Shown here piece by piece: positions 51,758-64,000 of a DNA stretch of 64,000 bases (position 1 is the stretch's first letter; every line of letters begins with the position of its first letter). The notes under the pieces were generated by a model. That model had not been told where the DNA came from, ran no database searches, and saw nothing but the letters and a program-made list of their open reading frames with translations. This DNA is from Octopus sinensis (lineage: Eukaryota). The DNA lies in the NCBI RefSeq assembly GCF_006345805.1, contig NC_043013.1:15128001-15192000 (forward strand), read 5' to 3'. The position numbers were made by a program, and so were the translations under genes.

Positions 51758-54700
51758 TGTAAATAAATGCTACTCATTTCTAATATTCTGTGAAAACATG
51801 CCCAGATTATGAGGAAATATTACCCTGGTTGGAAACAGATAAAGGGTGGTGACAGGCAGGTATCCAACCATGGAAATCTGTCTTAATGAAATTCAGCCCA
51901 ACCTGTGCAAGCATGGAAACCTGGGCATGAAAATGATATTCTACAGTGCTTTTCTTGTCTTTAACCTTTGTCTTTTAAAAGGAAGACACTTGTTTATTCA
52001 TCACTGAAAACACAGAATTAGGATGATTATAAGCAGGGAATGTCAACATGTCACTGTTTTTGCTGTTTCATCATCATCATCGTTTAACATCTGCTTTCCA
52101 TGCTAGCATGGGTTAGACGATTTTGACTGAGGGCTGGTGAACCAGATGGCTGCACCAGGCTCCAGTCTTGATCTGGAAGAGTTTCTACAGCTGGATGCCC
52201 TTCCTAACGCCAATCACTCCATGAGTGTAGTGAGTGCTTTTTACATGCCACTGGCACGGGAGCCAATCAGGCAGTACTGGCAATGACGCAAAAGAAAACA
52301 GAATGTAAGTATTCAGGTATACACACTTCGAGTTTTCATAGTTTCTGTGTACCAATTCCAGACTACAAGATGAAGACACTTGCCAAAGGTGACACACAGT
52401 GAAATAGCCAAGTGGTTACAAAGCAATGCAGCTCTGTCTATGCCTTATGTATAATGTGTGTGTGTGTGCATAGACAAGAAGTTTTCAACTGCTGTGTCAG
52501 CAAATTTTAAAGGTGGGTTTAAAATATCAGAATATATATATATTTTTAAAAAATACTGTGTTCCCTCTTACCAATACACCAAACTAATACAGGTGCATTC
52601 ATTTGCAGCAAAGTGCAATATGTACATTCAACCAGTGGCAGACTGGGTCTAAAAATATTGGTTGCCAGGAGACTAAGGGGGCACACCTGCAACTACAATG
52701 CTATCATTTTTTGTTAAAAGTATTCTTTTCAATTGTCTACAAATACAGTCAGGCTGAAATAATGCATAGGAGTGAATAAAAAATTCTCAAACTTGAGGGG
52801 ATGGGCTCCCATATATGAATTCTAATGGCACAGGAGTCCACTTGCCATTGGGCAAGCTGGCCAGACCACCACTGCATTCAACTATTTTTAAAAGAATCTT
52901 TTAACATTTGTATTTTAATACAATAAGCAGGATGTTTGATAACACTTTTAGTACTTTATTCTTGGAAGAAATCTAATAAGTGCAGGAATCATCATCGTTT
53001 AATGTCCGTTTTCCATGCTAGCATGGGTTGGATGGTTCAACTGGGGTCTGGGAAGCCAGTAGGCTGATCTGGCAGTGTTTCTACAGCTGAATGCCAACCA
53101 CTCCGAGAGTGTAGTAAGTGCTTTTTACATGCCACCGGTATAGGTGCCAGGGGAGGATGGCAACGGCCACAATCGGCTGGTTTTTACGTGCCACCTACAT
53201 GTAAGCCAGTCAAGGCGGCACTGGCATCGACCACAATCAGCTGGTGCCTTTTTACGTGCCACCCCTTTTGGTCATGAAAGACCATGGGATTGCAGCTAGA
53301 AATTTACCCTGCAAGGCAAGGTTGTTTATGGAAGACCAGCAATTGCCCATGCATTCCAACCTTGTCTCTCCATGCCACTGCTGTAATCCAAGGGAAAGGC
53401 AAAGGCCGATACAGTTTGGCAACAGTGACATCACAACTAATTTCTACAACAGTGAACTGGAGATACAATAGAGTGTCTTGCTTAAAAACACAACACAGTG
53501 AATATCAGTACCTCCAAGTGCAGGTATTGACAAAAATTAAGACAATATTCTCTGTGCCTGTTTCCTATTTTTAATTATCTGTCACACTATTCTCACCCTT
53601 TTCCTCTATCCTATTTTGTCTTACCAAAAGAGCAAGCCGTTTATTCTCATCCTCAGCAAGACACCTACTCTTGCTCCCCTTACTCAGTTGAGTGGGGCTT
53701 GTCTTGCAGGTACTTACTGACCTCACCAGTGATGGTGCTACAAAAAAAAAAAAAAAAGCACCCTATCCACTGTGAAATGGTTTGTGTCAGGAAGGGCATC
53801 CAGCTGTAGAAACCATGTCAAAGTAGACATTGGAGCTTATCACAGCCCTCTAGTTCATCTGTGCATAGAAAAATAAAAGGGATGTTAAAATTGTATGACA
53901 AATATTCCCTAAGCTGGTACTATGTGCAGGATTTAGTCTTAATCCTCAACACATGAGCAGACTCTCTAATAGCAACATATTTTAGGTGGTGTAAGGTAAA
54001 ACTACCATTATGGAGAAAAGAAACTGCAACAAATTACTTGGATAAAATAATGTTTAACCATTTCACATTCAGATTATTATAAAATGTGAAGTTTTTTTCT
54101 TTTTTAATTCATTGCTGTGAATTAATCATGCATTACCCTGAGGTTTAGATGATGTGATTATCTTTAGAATGACATTGTGGAGGTGTAAGAGACCAGATCT
54201 GGCCAGTTTAAATGCTGGAAAGGGCTGAATGGAACACATCTAGATCTTTCAATTTTGCCCTTTTCTTTCAAAGAAAACTTCTTGTTATTCTATTCTTGGC
54301 TTTTGTTTGTTTTGAACATAAAAAGAATTTAGTAAAATAACTTTGTTGTTAACAAGTTGATATTTGGAACAAAAGTTAACAGGAAATTTTATTGGAAGGT
54401 TCAATTTAGACCACTTTAACCCTTTTGTTACCATATTTGTGGAAATACAATGCCTACGCTTCAATTAAGTTTGAAAATAATGAAAGAATTTAGTATAATA
54501 ACTTCATCACTATGAAGCTGATGTTTGGAATGTATTTTTAAAATTTTGATGGAAGATTTTAATTCAAATCACTTTAAAATGGAGATTTTTGCATCAGAGA
54601 ACAAGGGGTGGTCTCAAGTGGGTTGGTATCAAAAGAGTTAAAAACAGAATTATTAAGAGGTAGTGAGTAGCAGCAGTACAAGATAGCAATATAAGAAAGC

Positions 54701-55639
54701 AAGTGACTTTTCGATTTATTTTTCTTTATTGATGATTGAAGAAATACATGTAAGTGTGGCTTCCTCATTCCTGGTCTCTGGTGACAGGCTTCAGTGATAG
54801 ATAAGAAATAGAAGGAAGAACAGTTGAGAGTTCTTAAGACAATCACAGTTGGAATCCAAAGTCACTGTAGTGGAAATATTTAGCTTTATGGAGATGGGGG
54901 GTAGGGTGAGAAGAAAAAAATAAATAACAGACTCACCCCTGTTACTATAGAAACAGACAAAATCCAACAGGTTTACAACAAAAATAAAGAAAAAAGTATT
55001 TGGTGAAAAAATACCCACTCAGCCCAGATGACTAACCGTTTAAATACATTTGATCAATATGAACAAAGATAATCTTCCAGTTTATGTTTGTCATTGTCCA
55101 CTAGTTAGCAGTAGCATTACTAGGGGGAGGGGTCATAGCCTAAAAATAAATGCTGCTACTCCATGTTGTAAGTTAGACTGTGCAAAGTTAGCAAGAGACC
55201 AAAAGGCACAGGAAAAAAAATATATATAAAAGGAAACTAACGAAATATACAAAACTAATTACTACAACGACACCAGCATACCATTTATCTGAGCAGCTGA
55301 AAGAAACCATTTTCAAAGGCAGACAGAGGTCGAGGTGACCAAGTGATGAAGACTTCTCAGAATGTAACACCTCCCAAGTCAATCACTTGTGACTTTCTGC
55401 ATCATCCGAAAGAGGTGGGGGTAAAAAAATAAAAGGGCATACCTACTCCTACATCACAAACAGCTGCCAGTAATTAAATTAAATACATTGTTGATAGTCA
55501 TGTCTTGTACATCAGTGATCACTGATACAGGAATTTAGACAGCTGGTGAGAATATCAATAAGGACAGAGCTGACGACATATCATATGAAAGATTGGACAG
55601 GACAGCAAGTGTTGGGAAGTGAAATAAGAGGATGGATAT

Positions 55640-56700
55640 CTCATTTCTGGTGGTGACCATTGCAATTAAAACGAGGCACCAAAGTTAGAAACATGGTTAA
55701 ACAGCATTGTAATTGTCGGAAGGTCAATGAAACGAAGAAAGGGACAGCTCAGTTGATAGTTGCAATGGAAGGAGAAAAGATGGTCGGAGATATCGTGAGA
55801 AAATGTAGAAGAGAGACACGATTGATCTGGTTGAGTTTTCTTTCAAGATACCCTGGGTAGATGTCATACAGTATTTTCCTGAATTCTATTCCAAAAGACA
55901 GAATTGAGCTACTTCTATGATACAATGATTGCAAAGAAACTGCAGTCGTGAAAAATTCTCCAAACCCTCTAGGATCATTATTATGCTGTGGAGATGGAGG
56001 AGAAGGAGAAAAATAAATATACATCCAATCACGACAAAGTGGACATAATCTAATCACTTATAACTTTGGTGGGGAGAGAGAAAAAGAGAGAGAGCATACC
56101 ACTGTTTTCTATGACTTCTGCAGGATCAAATAATCCACAATTGAAAATAGTTGGCGGGAATTATTGATTGAAATGAAAAAGATTGAGGACATTCCTGACA
56201 GCGTTTCAAGCAAAGAGTTTGAATCTAGCCGCAGCAGTGTAATTGTGGGGAGGTGAAAGAAACAAGAAAAACGATATCTCAACTATAGTAACCATTGCAA
56301 CAGGAAGGAGAAATAAGGCCAGAAAGATGGTGAGAGACAAAGCAGCAAGAAAGGAGGATCTGTTTTGTTGCGATTACAAAACTGCACGAAATAGACAAGA
56401 TGAAGAGTGGTGCTAATGACACCACACACACACACACACGAGATGCAAAAATGCAGTTACATCTGGATACGTTTTCTTCAAGATATTCTTGGTGATGTGG
56501 CAATGTAATGAATGCTTTCCTGAACCTTATTCCAAACGAGACAGAGATGATGTACCAACCACAACCGACACAACTGTACTACACTTACTGAGCAAATGTT
56601 TGCAAAGAAAATCTGCAGACAAGAGAAATACCCAAACCTTCCGGAAACACTGGTTAAACAATGACCTGAGATGATACACGCACAGGAGAAGTAACACTTA
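55640..56700 (-). mobile_element. Heavily decayed CR1/L2-like LINE 3' fragments
   Basis: Weak resemblance of the reverse-strand frames to the RT thumb and C-terminal region; many stops and shifts. Confidence 0.35.
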
Positions 56701-59700
56701 TCTTGGTGCCAATGATGTTCCGCCTATTCTCAGAAATGAGTTGCATCTTGGGAAGATCAGAAATAACCTAGTGTTAACTAAATCATATTTTAAAATGTAT
56801 CATCAGATTATTGTGTTATTTTTTTTTTGTTTCTTTTATATTCAGATGCATGTAAAGATTTATAAATTTCCTTATTAGTATTTTTATTTTTCTGTTTGCG
56901 TAGATGTAAATATTAAAACGTTTTCCATCTCTAAAAGACGAGGTTAATAGTTTGAAAAATTATAGTCATAAAATATATATATATATATATTTTGCATAGG
57001 ACGTGCATTACAGTGTGTTAATAATCAACGTGATAGATAAGAGAAGCGTAGTGTTCTAATGATACCAGAGCAAGACCCAAAATGTTAAATGCTCGTTAGC
57101 GTTAGTTCGTTTAGAACCTATCCTTCTGAATGACTGATATTGAAACAATATATTCTTCAAAAAATCTTTCATAAATGCCTACTAATGAGTCATAGTTGAT
57201 GTAAGGGATGAAAAAAAAAACTCTTAAAAAATTCACTTTCAATAATGACTAATGGTTGACTAGAAATGACACCATGATTGAAATGTTTGATGAATAAAAT
57301 TTATATTTAATCCAAAAGATGTTATTTTCAATTAAAAACAAAAATGGGAATTTTTTTGTTTGTTGTTTGCTAAATATCAAGTGTATGAATTAAGTTGGTG
57401 TAATACTAAGGTGATTATAAAACATTAGCTATTATTGCAAGTTTTAGCATTGACGTTTAGGACACATGAAACAGTTTCCTTGTTGTAGACATTCCAAAGA
57501 GATTTATAAAAAAAAAAAAAACAACAAAAAACAAAAACACCATGAAGTCTAAATGCTGAGAAGATAACTTCAGGTGTCTTTAATAAGTGATTGTCTTACC
57601 ACTGGGAGAGAAGTGGGGAGAAAGAATATATAAATTAATAATAAATGTAGCCCAAGAAAATGATCTGTAAACCACAAGCTGGTGTCATCAGATAAGTGCT
57701 TGATTATAAATGGGCACAATTGTTGTTGAATAGTCCTGCTCTCAGCCATGATGCATGAAGGAGGTTAAAACATGTCCCTAGTTCATTCTTGCTTTCCTTT
57801 TTAATATTTTCAGTTCTCATTATATATATAAAACTGACTTCTTTAAATTTGTATATCAGGAAATGTGAAAGGTAAGAGAAACAAAATAAAATATACATTG
57901 ACATAACTGTCATTCCAATTGATGGTAACAGAAGCCTAAATATGGTGCAGCAGTTCAAAAAGAAAAAAAAAAAATGGTTGAACCACAAATGGTCGATTTG
58001 AAGCATTGTAAATGTTGTTACCATAGCAATATTGTGTGGTCCCAGTCAATAGAAGAGATCCCTAGAAGTTGGTACCAACTGCAGGTTATACGAGATTACA
58101 CGAGTAGTTCCAAAGACTTCTCATTCCAAACCCAGTCAGCTCCATCTTTTGGAATAATTCTATTTCATCATCCCAAATGGATGCAAAAAACAAAAAAAAT
58201 GTCGGCAAATTTCATCTTATTTTGTTTCTTTTTTTTTTTTATGTTTCCCCACTTCTAAATATATCTTTTATAAGTTGTATTAATAAAAGCTGAACAAGTG
58301 TGTAAAAGTGTAAAATTATAGTTAAAAAAAAAACAAAAAAAAAACTTTTCCATTTTTCAGTTAAAATTTTCTAGTGTTCATTAAATACTAATTGATTAAT
58401 TAATTTAAAAAAATTAAAATCTTGCTTGTTATTATTATTATCATTATTATTATAAGAGTTCACAGACTGGCAGTCTAAATGAATTGAGTTGTATAAAGTA
58501 TCTCTGAGCATCATACATGATCATACAGCATCATACACAACAGATAATTATAATAATAAAAATAATAATATTGGTTTTCCTCCCCGGGCAGTGTGTAGCT
58601 TAAAGAGAATTGTCTTGAGAGAGAGAGAGAGAGAAAGAGAAAAAAAAAGGGTATATTTTCTTTTCTTTCTTTTTTTGTTTTTTTTTATAATCAGCACAGC
58701 AATGGCACCAACACCATTCCATATTTCAATATTCAACTCCTCCAGCTGTAGGTAGGAATGATAGGCAAGACATTCGGAAAGATCTACTGCAAAGTTACAT
58801 GGATAAATACAATTAGCAGATTGATAGCATATACAGGTGAGGTAACATAAAAAAAATTTTTCAATAAGAAATATGTCAAGTTTAAAAAATACAATAGTCT
58901 TAAGAGGAATTGAGTTCAGGAACTTTCAGAAGTATTAAAACAACATAGCCCTCAAGTAAATAATAATAATAATAGTATCTTAATAAATGATAATTGTCAT
59001 AAAGTTATGATAATAATGAATGTAAAATGCCCTATTGTCTAAAATGAAATATCACCAATGTCCTTAACACAAGCGAAGCCTTAGTCATGAATACATTCAA
59101 TTAATTTCATGTACCTTATTGTATATATTTGTTTGTTTGTGTGTGTGTGTGTACACGCACATATATATACATTATAGAATGTGACATGCAGAACTATCTC
59201 ACTGTGCATGTTTGCACGTGTGTATGTATGTATGTATGTATGAGTATGTGTGTGTGCATATGTGTGAGTGAAAGCATATATATGTTAGTTTTATATTCGG
59301 GAAGAAGGTCCTTTATCCAGTAGTACATGCTTTTGGTAGTAGTGGTATATAGTAGTGGTAGTAGTAGAAGTAGTAGTAGCAGTAGTAGCTAGCTGGGTGG
59401 TGGAGCTACATCTGAAATCATAGTCATGCATACACAGTAACAACCAAAGTAGTTGTAGTTCAGAATAAAAAAAAAAAAAAGGAACTACCAAAAATAAATG
59501 AAAAAAAAAAATAAAAGAGGAGGATTTTGGGAGATCTTTTTATCAACTTGAAGCTGAAATAACCAAGAAAGTGGGAATAAGGATAAAAGTTTGTTTATGG
59601 TTTTGTCTTCTTTTTTTTCTTCTTTCTTTTTTTAATTATTATTATTATCGTTATTATGATTCATACTGAATAAAAAACTGATATCTATGAAGTAGAACTA

Positions 59701-59713
59701 GTTTTGATTCCAA

Positions 59714-59850
59714 TCATTTGTTGCTTTCCTCACTATCAGCCGTTCCCTCTGAAGTAGCCTCAGTGCTGTCCTTCACACCGTTCCACTGCTCAGCTTGCAA
59801 GGCATTATTTGGAGACACAGTTGTCTCTTTCTCTGTCGCTGCCTCTGATT
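59714..59850 (-). CDS. Terminal coding exon of the same unidentified gene
   Basis: ttctctttcag|AA TCA ... AAC AAA TGA. The phase-1 acceptor matches the 62853 donor. Reads ESEAATEKETTVSPNNALQAEQWNGVKDSTEATSEGTADSEESNK*. GC-richer island in AT-rich surroundings. Confidence 0.78.
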
Positions 59851-60333
59851 CTGAAAGAGAAGATAACAGCAATACAAGTTGAAAGTAAATTTCATTGGTC
59901 GACTCCCTAATGAAAAACGCTAACTCAGGAGAGAAAACTAGTAGCTTTCTTTCTTTTTTTTTTTTGTTTTTTTTTTAAGGTTGGGAAGAGGGAGGGAGGA
60001 GGTGGCAGGGGAGGGAAACGAGTTAAACAACTATGTTGTTAGTTTATTATTATTATTATATATATATACACATATATATAATGTTAATAGAAAAAAATCT
60101 GAGTGAAGATATATCAATTTGCCTAATAGTAGTAATGTTAAACTATAATAATGATAATAATAATAATAAATATTAATAGTGGGCTATGTACAGTTAACAT
60201 TCAGAGAGTTCCTGTCCTCAACACCTTACAACAAAAACTGTTTGTTTTTTGTAGTTTTGTTTGTTTGTTTGTTAGTTGGTCGTTTTTTTGTTTGTTTCCA
60301 AAATAAAAAAAAAAATGAAAAGAAAAAAAGTAA

Positions 60334-61439
60334 TCAGGTTTTTTCAAAATAATCCCCCTCACAATCTATACAAGTTTTCATTCTTTTAAACCAATTTGAA
60401 AAACACTGAGTCCATTCAAAATTGGACAGTTGAGACATTTGGTTAACCAGTGCCTGGACAGCTTCTTCAGGGCTCTCAAATCGAATGCCCCTCAGCTTTT
60501 CTTTCACTTTGGAGAACAAAAAATAATCACAAGGTGACAGATCAGGGCTAGAGCCAGGGTGAGAGATTATCTGCACGTGGTTTTCAGCTAGCAAGTCGAG
60601 TGTTGCTGCAGCAGTATTGATACGAGTGTCATCATGGTGGAGGAGAATGCCCCGGAGACCAGAGTCTGGGCGCTTCAATTTGATTGCTTCAAACAACTGG
60701 GGTAAACACTTGGTCACGTACCACTGTGCACTGACTATTTCCCTGTCTGTCAAAGACGTGGTCACTAAATAACCACTTCTTTGGAAATAAGTTGCCATCA
60801 TTGTTTTCCCAACACTTCGAGGCCTTTTCAGTTTTAAAGGCGGGTCTTCATCTGGAAAGACCCATACAGAAGCCTGCCGTTTTGTTTCAGGTTCATATTG
60901 ATAAAGCCAAATCTGGTCTTCTACAACAATATCCCAGACCTTAGGAGAACCTCCATTTTCAAATTTTTTCAGCATATAATGACACCATTCCACTCGAGCC
61001 TGCTTTTGCATTTCATTAAGAGTTTGTGGAATCCAACAGCAACTATGCTGTTTTAAATGCATATGATTCTGTAGAATCCATTTGACATTTCCTGATCCAA
61101 TGCTTAAGGTACCTTCTATTTCTTTAGGTGTCAATCTTTTATCACTATTCAACATTGCCTCTATAACTTCAATATTTTCAGCGAGTATTGAAGTGTTTGG
61201 GCGGCTAGTTCTTTGGTCATCTTCCAGATCTTCTTTACCACGTCTAAATTCTCCAAACCAGAATTTAACTGTACTGTAAGAGGGACTTAAATCCTGAAAT
61301 AATCGATACAAAATTTCATGACTGTCAGCTGCACTTTTCCCTTTCGAGTAATGCAGGAACATCATGGCTCGAAAATTTCTTCTCTGCAGTTTCATGGTGA
61401 ATACTGAAAGATTAGTCTGCTGCTTAACTTTGTCAAGCT
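60334..61439 (-). CDS. Intact mariner-family (DD34D) transposase ORF, probably an alternative terminal exon of the host gene
   Basis: 353-aa ORF 60334-61395 with HTH region, WIPQTL linker, VVEDQIW.YEPETKRQ, LLHHD and SPDLSPCDYFLF; 34 residues lie between the 2nd and 3rd Asp. Preceded by ttctcatttcag|AG at 61439 and 14 further open codons in frame. Confidence 0.85.
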
Positions 61440-62777
61440 CTGAAATGAGAATGAAGAATGAGAGAAGGCTGAAAGCTCAGCTTGTCTTATAGACAATAAC
61501 GACAATTTAGGAACAGTAAAGATTTGACAAGGTGTTGAATTGAGGAACTGTCTGATGGTGATTTCTTGAAGCATTCTTCCTTTTCTTTTTTTTTTTTATT
61601 TTCTGGGGGGAAGGGGGAATTATAGAAGAGAGATAGAGAGAGAGAGAAAGAGAGAGACAGAAAGAAAGAGAGAGAAAAAACAAAGAAATCAATATAAAGT
61701 GAAGTACTTTGTCATTGTTATCTGAAAGCAGCAAAACAAAAAGAACAAAACCAAAAAAAGGTGCATGACATGACAAATGTACAAGAAACCAAAACCAAAA
61801 ACAACATCAGCTCCTTAAAACTAATAAAACATTATAGAAATAATGACTTCAATAGGTTGGCTTTTATTTATTGTTCTGTTTGGCTGAAGAAGAAAGGGCA
61901 GCACCCATAATCTTCACAGACTCTTACAGACTGGAGAGAGAGAAATGCTGTTGATGATCAGTAAGAACTTGTATAAGGTGGATATTTGTTAAAAACAAAT
62001 CTGGAGAGAAAATACTGGGTTTACTACAGTGTTTGCAAGTGAGAGAGAGAGACAGTGATAGCAGGGAAGGAGGAGCAGAAGAGAGGTAGAGAGGTGGTGC
62101 ACTAGTGGTACACAGCCTGCTAATTTAAAGAGAGAGCGAGAGAGAGAGAGAGCAAGTGTATTTGAATGTGTGGCCCTAGTGATCATGCAGTGTTGAACCT
62201 AGTTGTATAAAAACAACATAGGTATGTATTAGTTAAGAACTGATGATGAAATAGTATTTAGTTCAAGGAAGGAAGTTAGTTGAGTAAACAGTAAACTTGC
62301 AATGTTAATTAAAATGGGAAAAAACTTGAGTTACACCTGGAGACAAGGTATTTCATCATAAATTAAAACAACAAAAAACACAAAATGTTTTATTTTGAAA
62401 CAATTAAGATATTTTCAATTGCATGATTTCTGTAAGGAGAGAGAGAGAGAGAAAGAGAGAGAGAATCAACTATTTGGTTGTGTCAGAGTTCAACCATGGT
62501 TGAATAACAACAACAAAATAATAAGTAGTAGGTTTGATTGTTATACTACCTTAAAATGGAGAGCCACACTTAGCACTGACAAACATTTTGCCCACAGTCA
62601 AATCATCTCAAATCTAACCTTGTATCAGACATATAAGGTAAGGTGATCATGCATTTTAGAGAGAAAATACAGTTTTAATGGATAGGGTGTCTTTTTAAAA
62701 ATCAGAATGGAACACAGAAATGAATGAGAAAAAGAGGCCCTTCTTCCCCAGCAGGGTCCGTGTGACTAACAACCTAC

Positions 62778-62786
62778 CTGTAGTGG
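62778..62786 (-). CDS. Candidate 9-nt microexon
   Basis: ctctttttctctttctttctctcaatccag|CCACTACAG|gtaggttgttag. Symmetric phase 1, frame-preserving. Confidence 0.45.
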
Positions 62787-62852
62787 CTGGATTGAGAGAA
62801 AGAAAGAGAAAAAGAGACTCTCAATAGTTTGGGTGTGTAACTAACAACCTAC

Positions 62853-63498
62853 CTGAAGTGGCTGGATTATCAGGTTTGGTTTCTGGAGCTTCAGAAGCAG
62901 CAGAAACAGGAGGAGCAGTGGTAGGGGTGTCTGTAGTGGTGGTGGTGGTGGTGGTGGCAGCGGCGGTAGTGGTAGTGGTGGCGGTAGTGATGGCAGTGGT
63001 AGAAGTGACAGCAGTGGTGGCAGTGGTTGGGGTAGTGGTGGTGATGGCAGCAGTAGCAGCAGCAGTAGTAGTAGGAGTAGTAGTAGTAGTAGGAGTAGTA
63101 GTAGGAGTAGTAGTATCAACAGTAGTAGAAGTGGTTGTAGTAGTAGTAGTGGTGGAGGAAGCTGAAAGGGCAGGAGCTGGCGATGATGAAGGAGGGGGTG
63201 GAGTAGGTGTCTTCTCACTGGTGGCTGTCGTCTCCTCACTGTCCCCACTGACAGTAGTAGCTTCAGGGGCAATATTCTCTAACAGAGCAGGGGCGGGAGC
63301 AGAGGCAGGAGCGGGAGTAGCAACACTAGAAGGACTGCTATCAGGAGGTACTTCTGTTGTCTGAGGTGGCTTTTCTTCACTGACAGCTTCTTTTTCAGGA
63401 ACTGTAGTCTCTGTGGCAACTGGTTCTGCTGGTGGGGCTACTGCTGCTGCTGGTGGGGCTATTGCTGCTGCTGCTGCTGGGGCTACTGCTGCTTTCTC
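62853..63498 (-). CDS. Internal exon of an unidentified gene (Pro/Ala/Thr/Glu-rich low-complexity region); upstream exons lie outside the window
   Basis: tttgatttacag|GAG AAA ... ACT TCA G|gtaggt. 646 nt (215 codons + 1), open; phase-1 donor. Confidence 0.8.
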
Positions 63499-64000
63499 CT
63501 GTAAATCAAACACATCAGAAATAACAGAACAATTACAAATAAAAAAAAAAAAAAAAAAAAAAAAGAAATGGAAAAATACAATTAAAATGAGAAAGCCAGA
63601 AAATTCAAGTTAGAAATAAAAGAGTGAAAATACTGTTACCTCAATATTTTGGCCAATATAGCCTTCATCATGAACAGAAAGTGGAACATTGTTGTGATCT
63701 ATGGAGATTGGTAGTAACCAAAATGCTTATTTCTTTTCTTAATATAACACTACAATATCTTTGTATGTCACAGCATTCCCACAACTCCATCTATGCAGGT
63801 CAAAATGACATTTCATTTTCCTTCTGATCATGATTTGGGCCTTGCAAGGCCAAAACATTGAAATTTATAAAATAAAAGAGCAAAGCATTGTTTGTTTTCA
63901 TTCCTTTATTTTTGACGTGTATAGTTGTGCTTTCCTAAATTTTAATGACCACTGCATTAACATATTTTAACACCTGTTTTTAATGCAGACGACATCTCAG

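Noticed and set aside
59291-59491. Thr-rich ORF on the minus strand
   Set aside because: (TAG)n microsatellite downstream of the stop at 59714; no acceptor or start context.
62841-63613. Overlapping poly-L, poly-V and poly-A ORFs in other frames and on the plus strand
   Set aside because: Shadows of the trinucleotide-rich exon. Only the EKAAV frame fits both splice phases and the terminal exon.

Overview
Eukaryotic, AT-rich, repeat-dense genomic DNA. The SINE/LINE repertoire and (TA)n/(CAT)n microsatellites point to an octopus; this is an inference. Three intron-containing genes can be rebuilt by hand with phase-consistent splice sites. (1) Minus strand, 24855 to beyond base 1: an ankyrin-repeat plus DHHC palmitoyltransferase (Akr1/ZDHHC13/17-type architecture), 9 exons in the window, one intron of U12 type. 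(2) Plus strand, head-to-head with it, 29901-49720: LARP7, 12 coding exons, 616 aa from the ATG at 29901. (3) Minus strand at the right edge: the 3' end of an unidentified gene with a large Pro/Ala/Thr-rich exon. Its last intron holds an intact 353-codon mariner (DD34D) transposase ORF with no visible TIRs, preceded by a splice acceptor in frame with the upstream host exon. This is a candidate host-transposase fusion made through an alternative terminal exon and is the most interesting signal. Other notable items: a 9-nt microexon candidate; a displaced copy of an ankyrin exon beside a Helitron-like element that appears to have transduced local flank; a hammerhead-like core at the apex of a fold-back element; many MITE hairpins; and decayed RTE, Tx1/L1, CR1, RLE-type LINE and Tc1/mariner relics.
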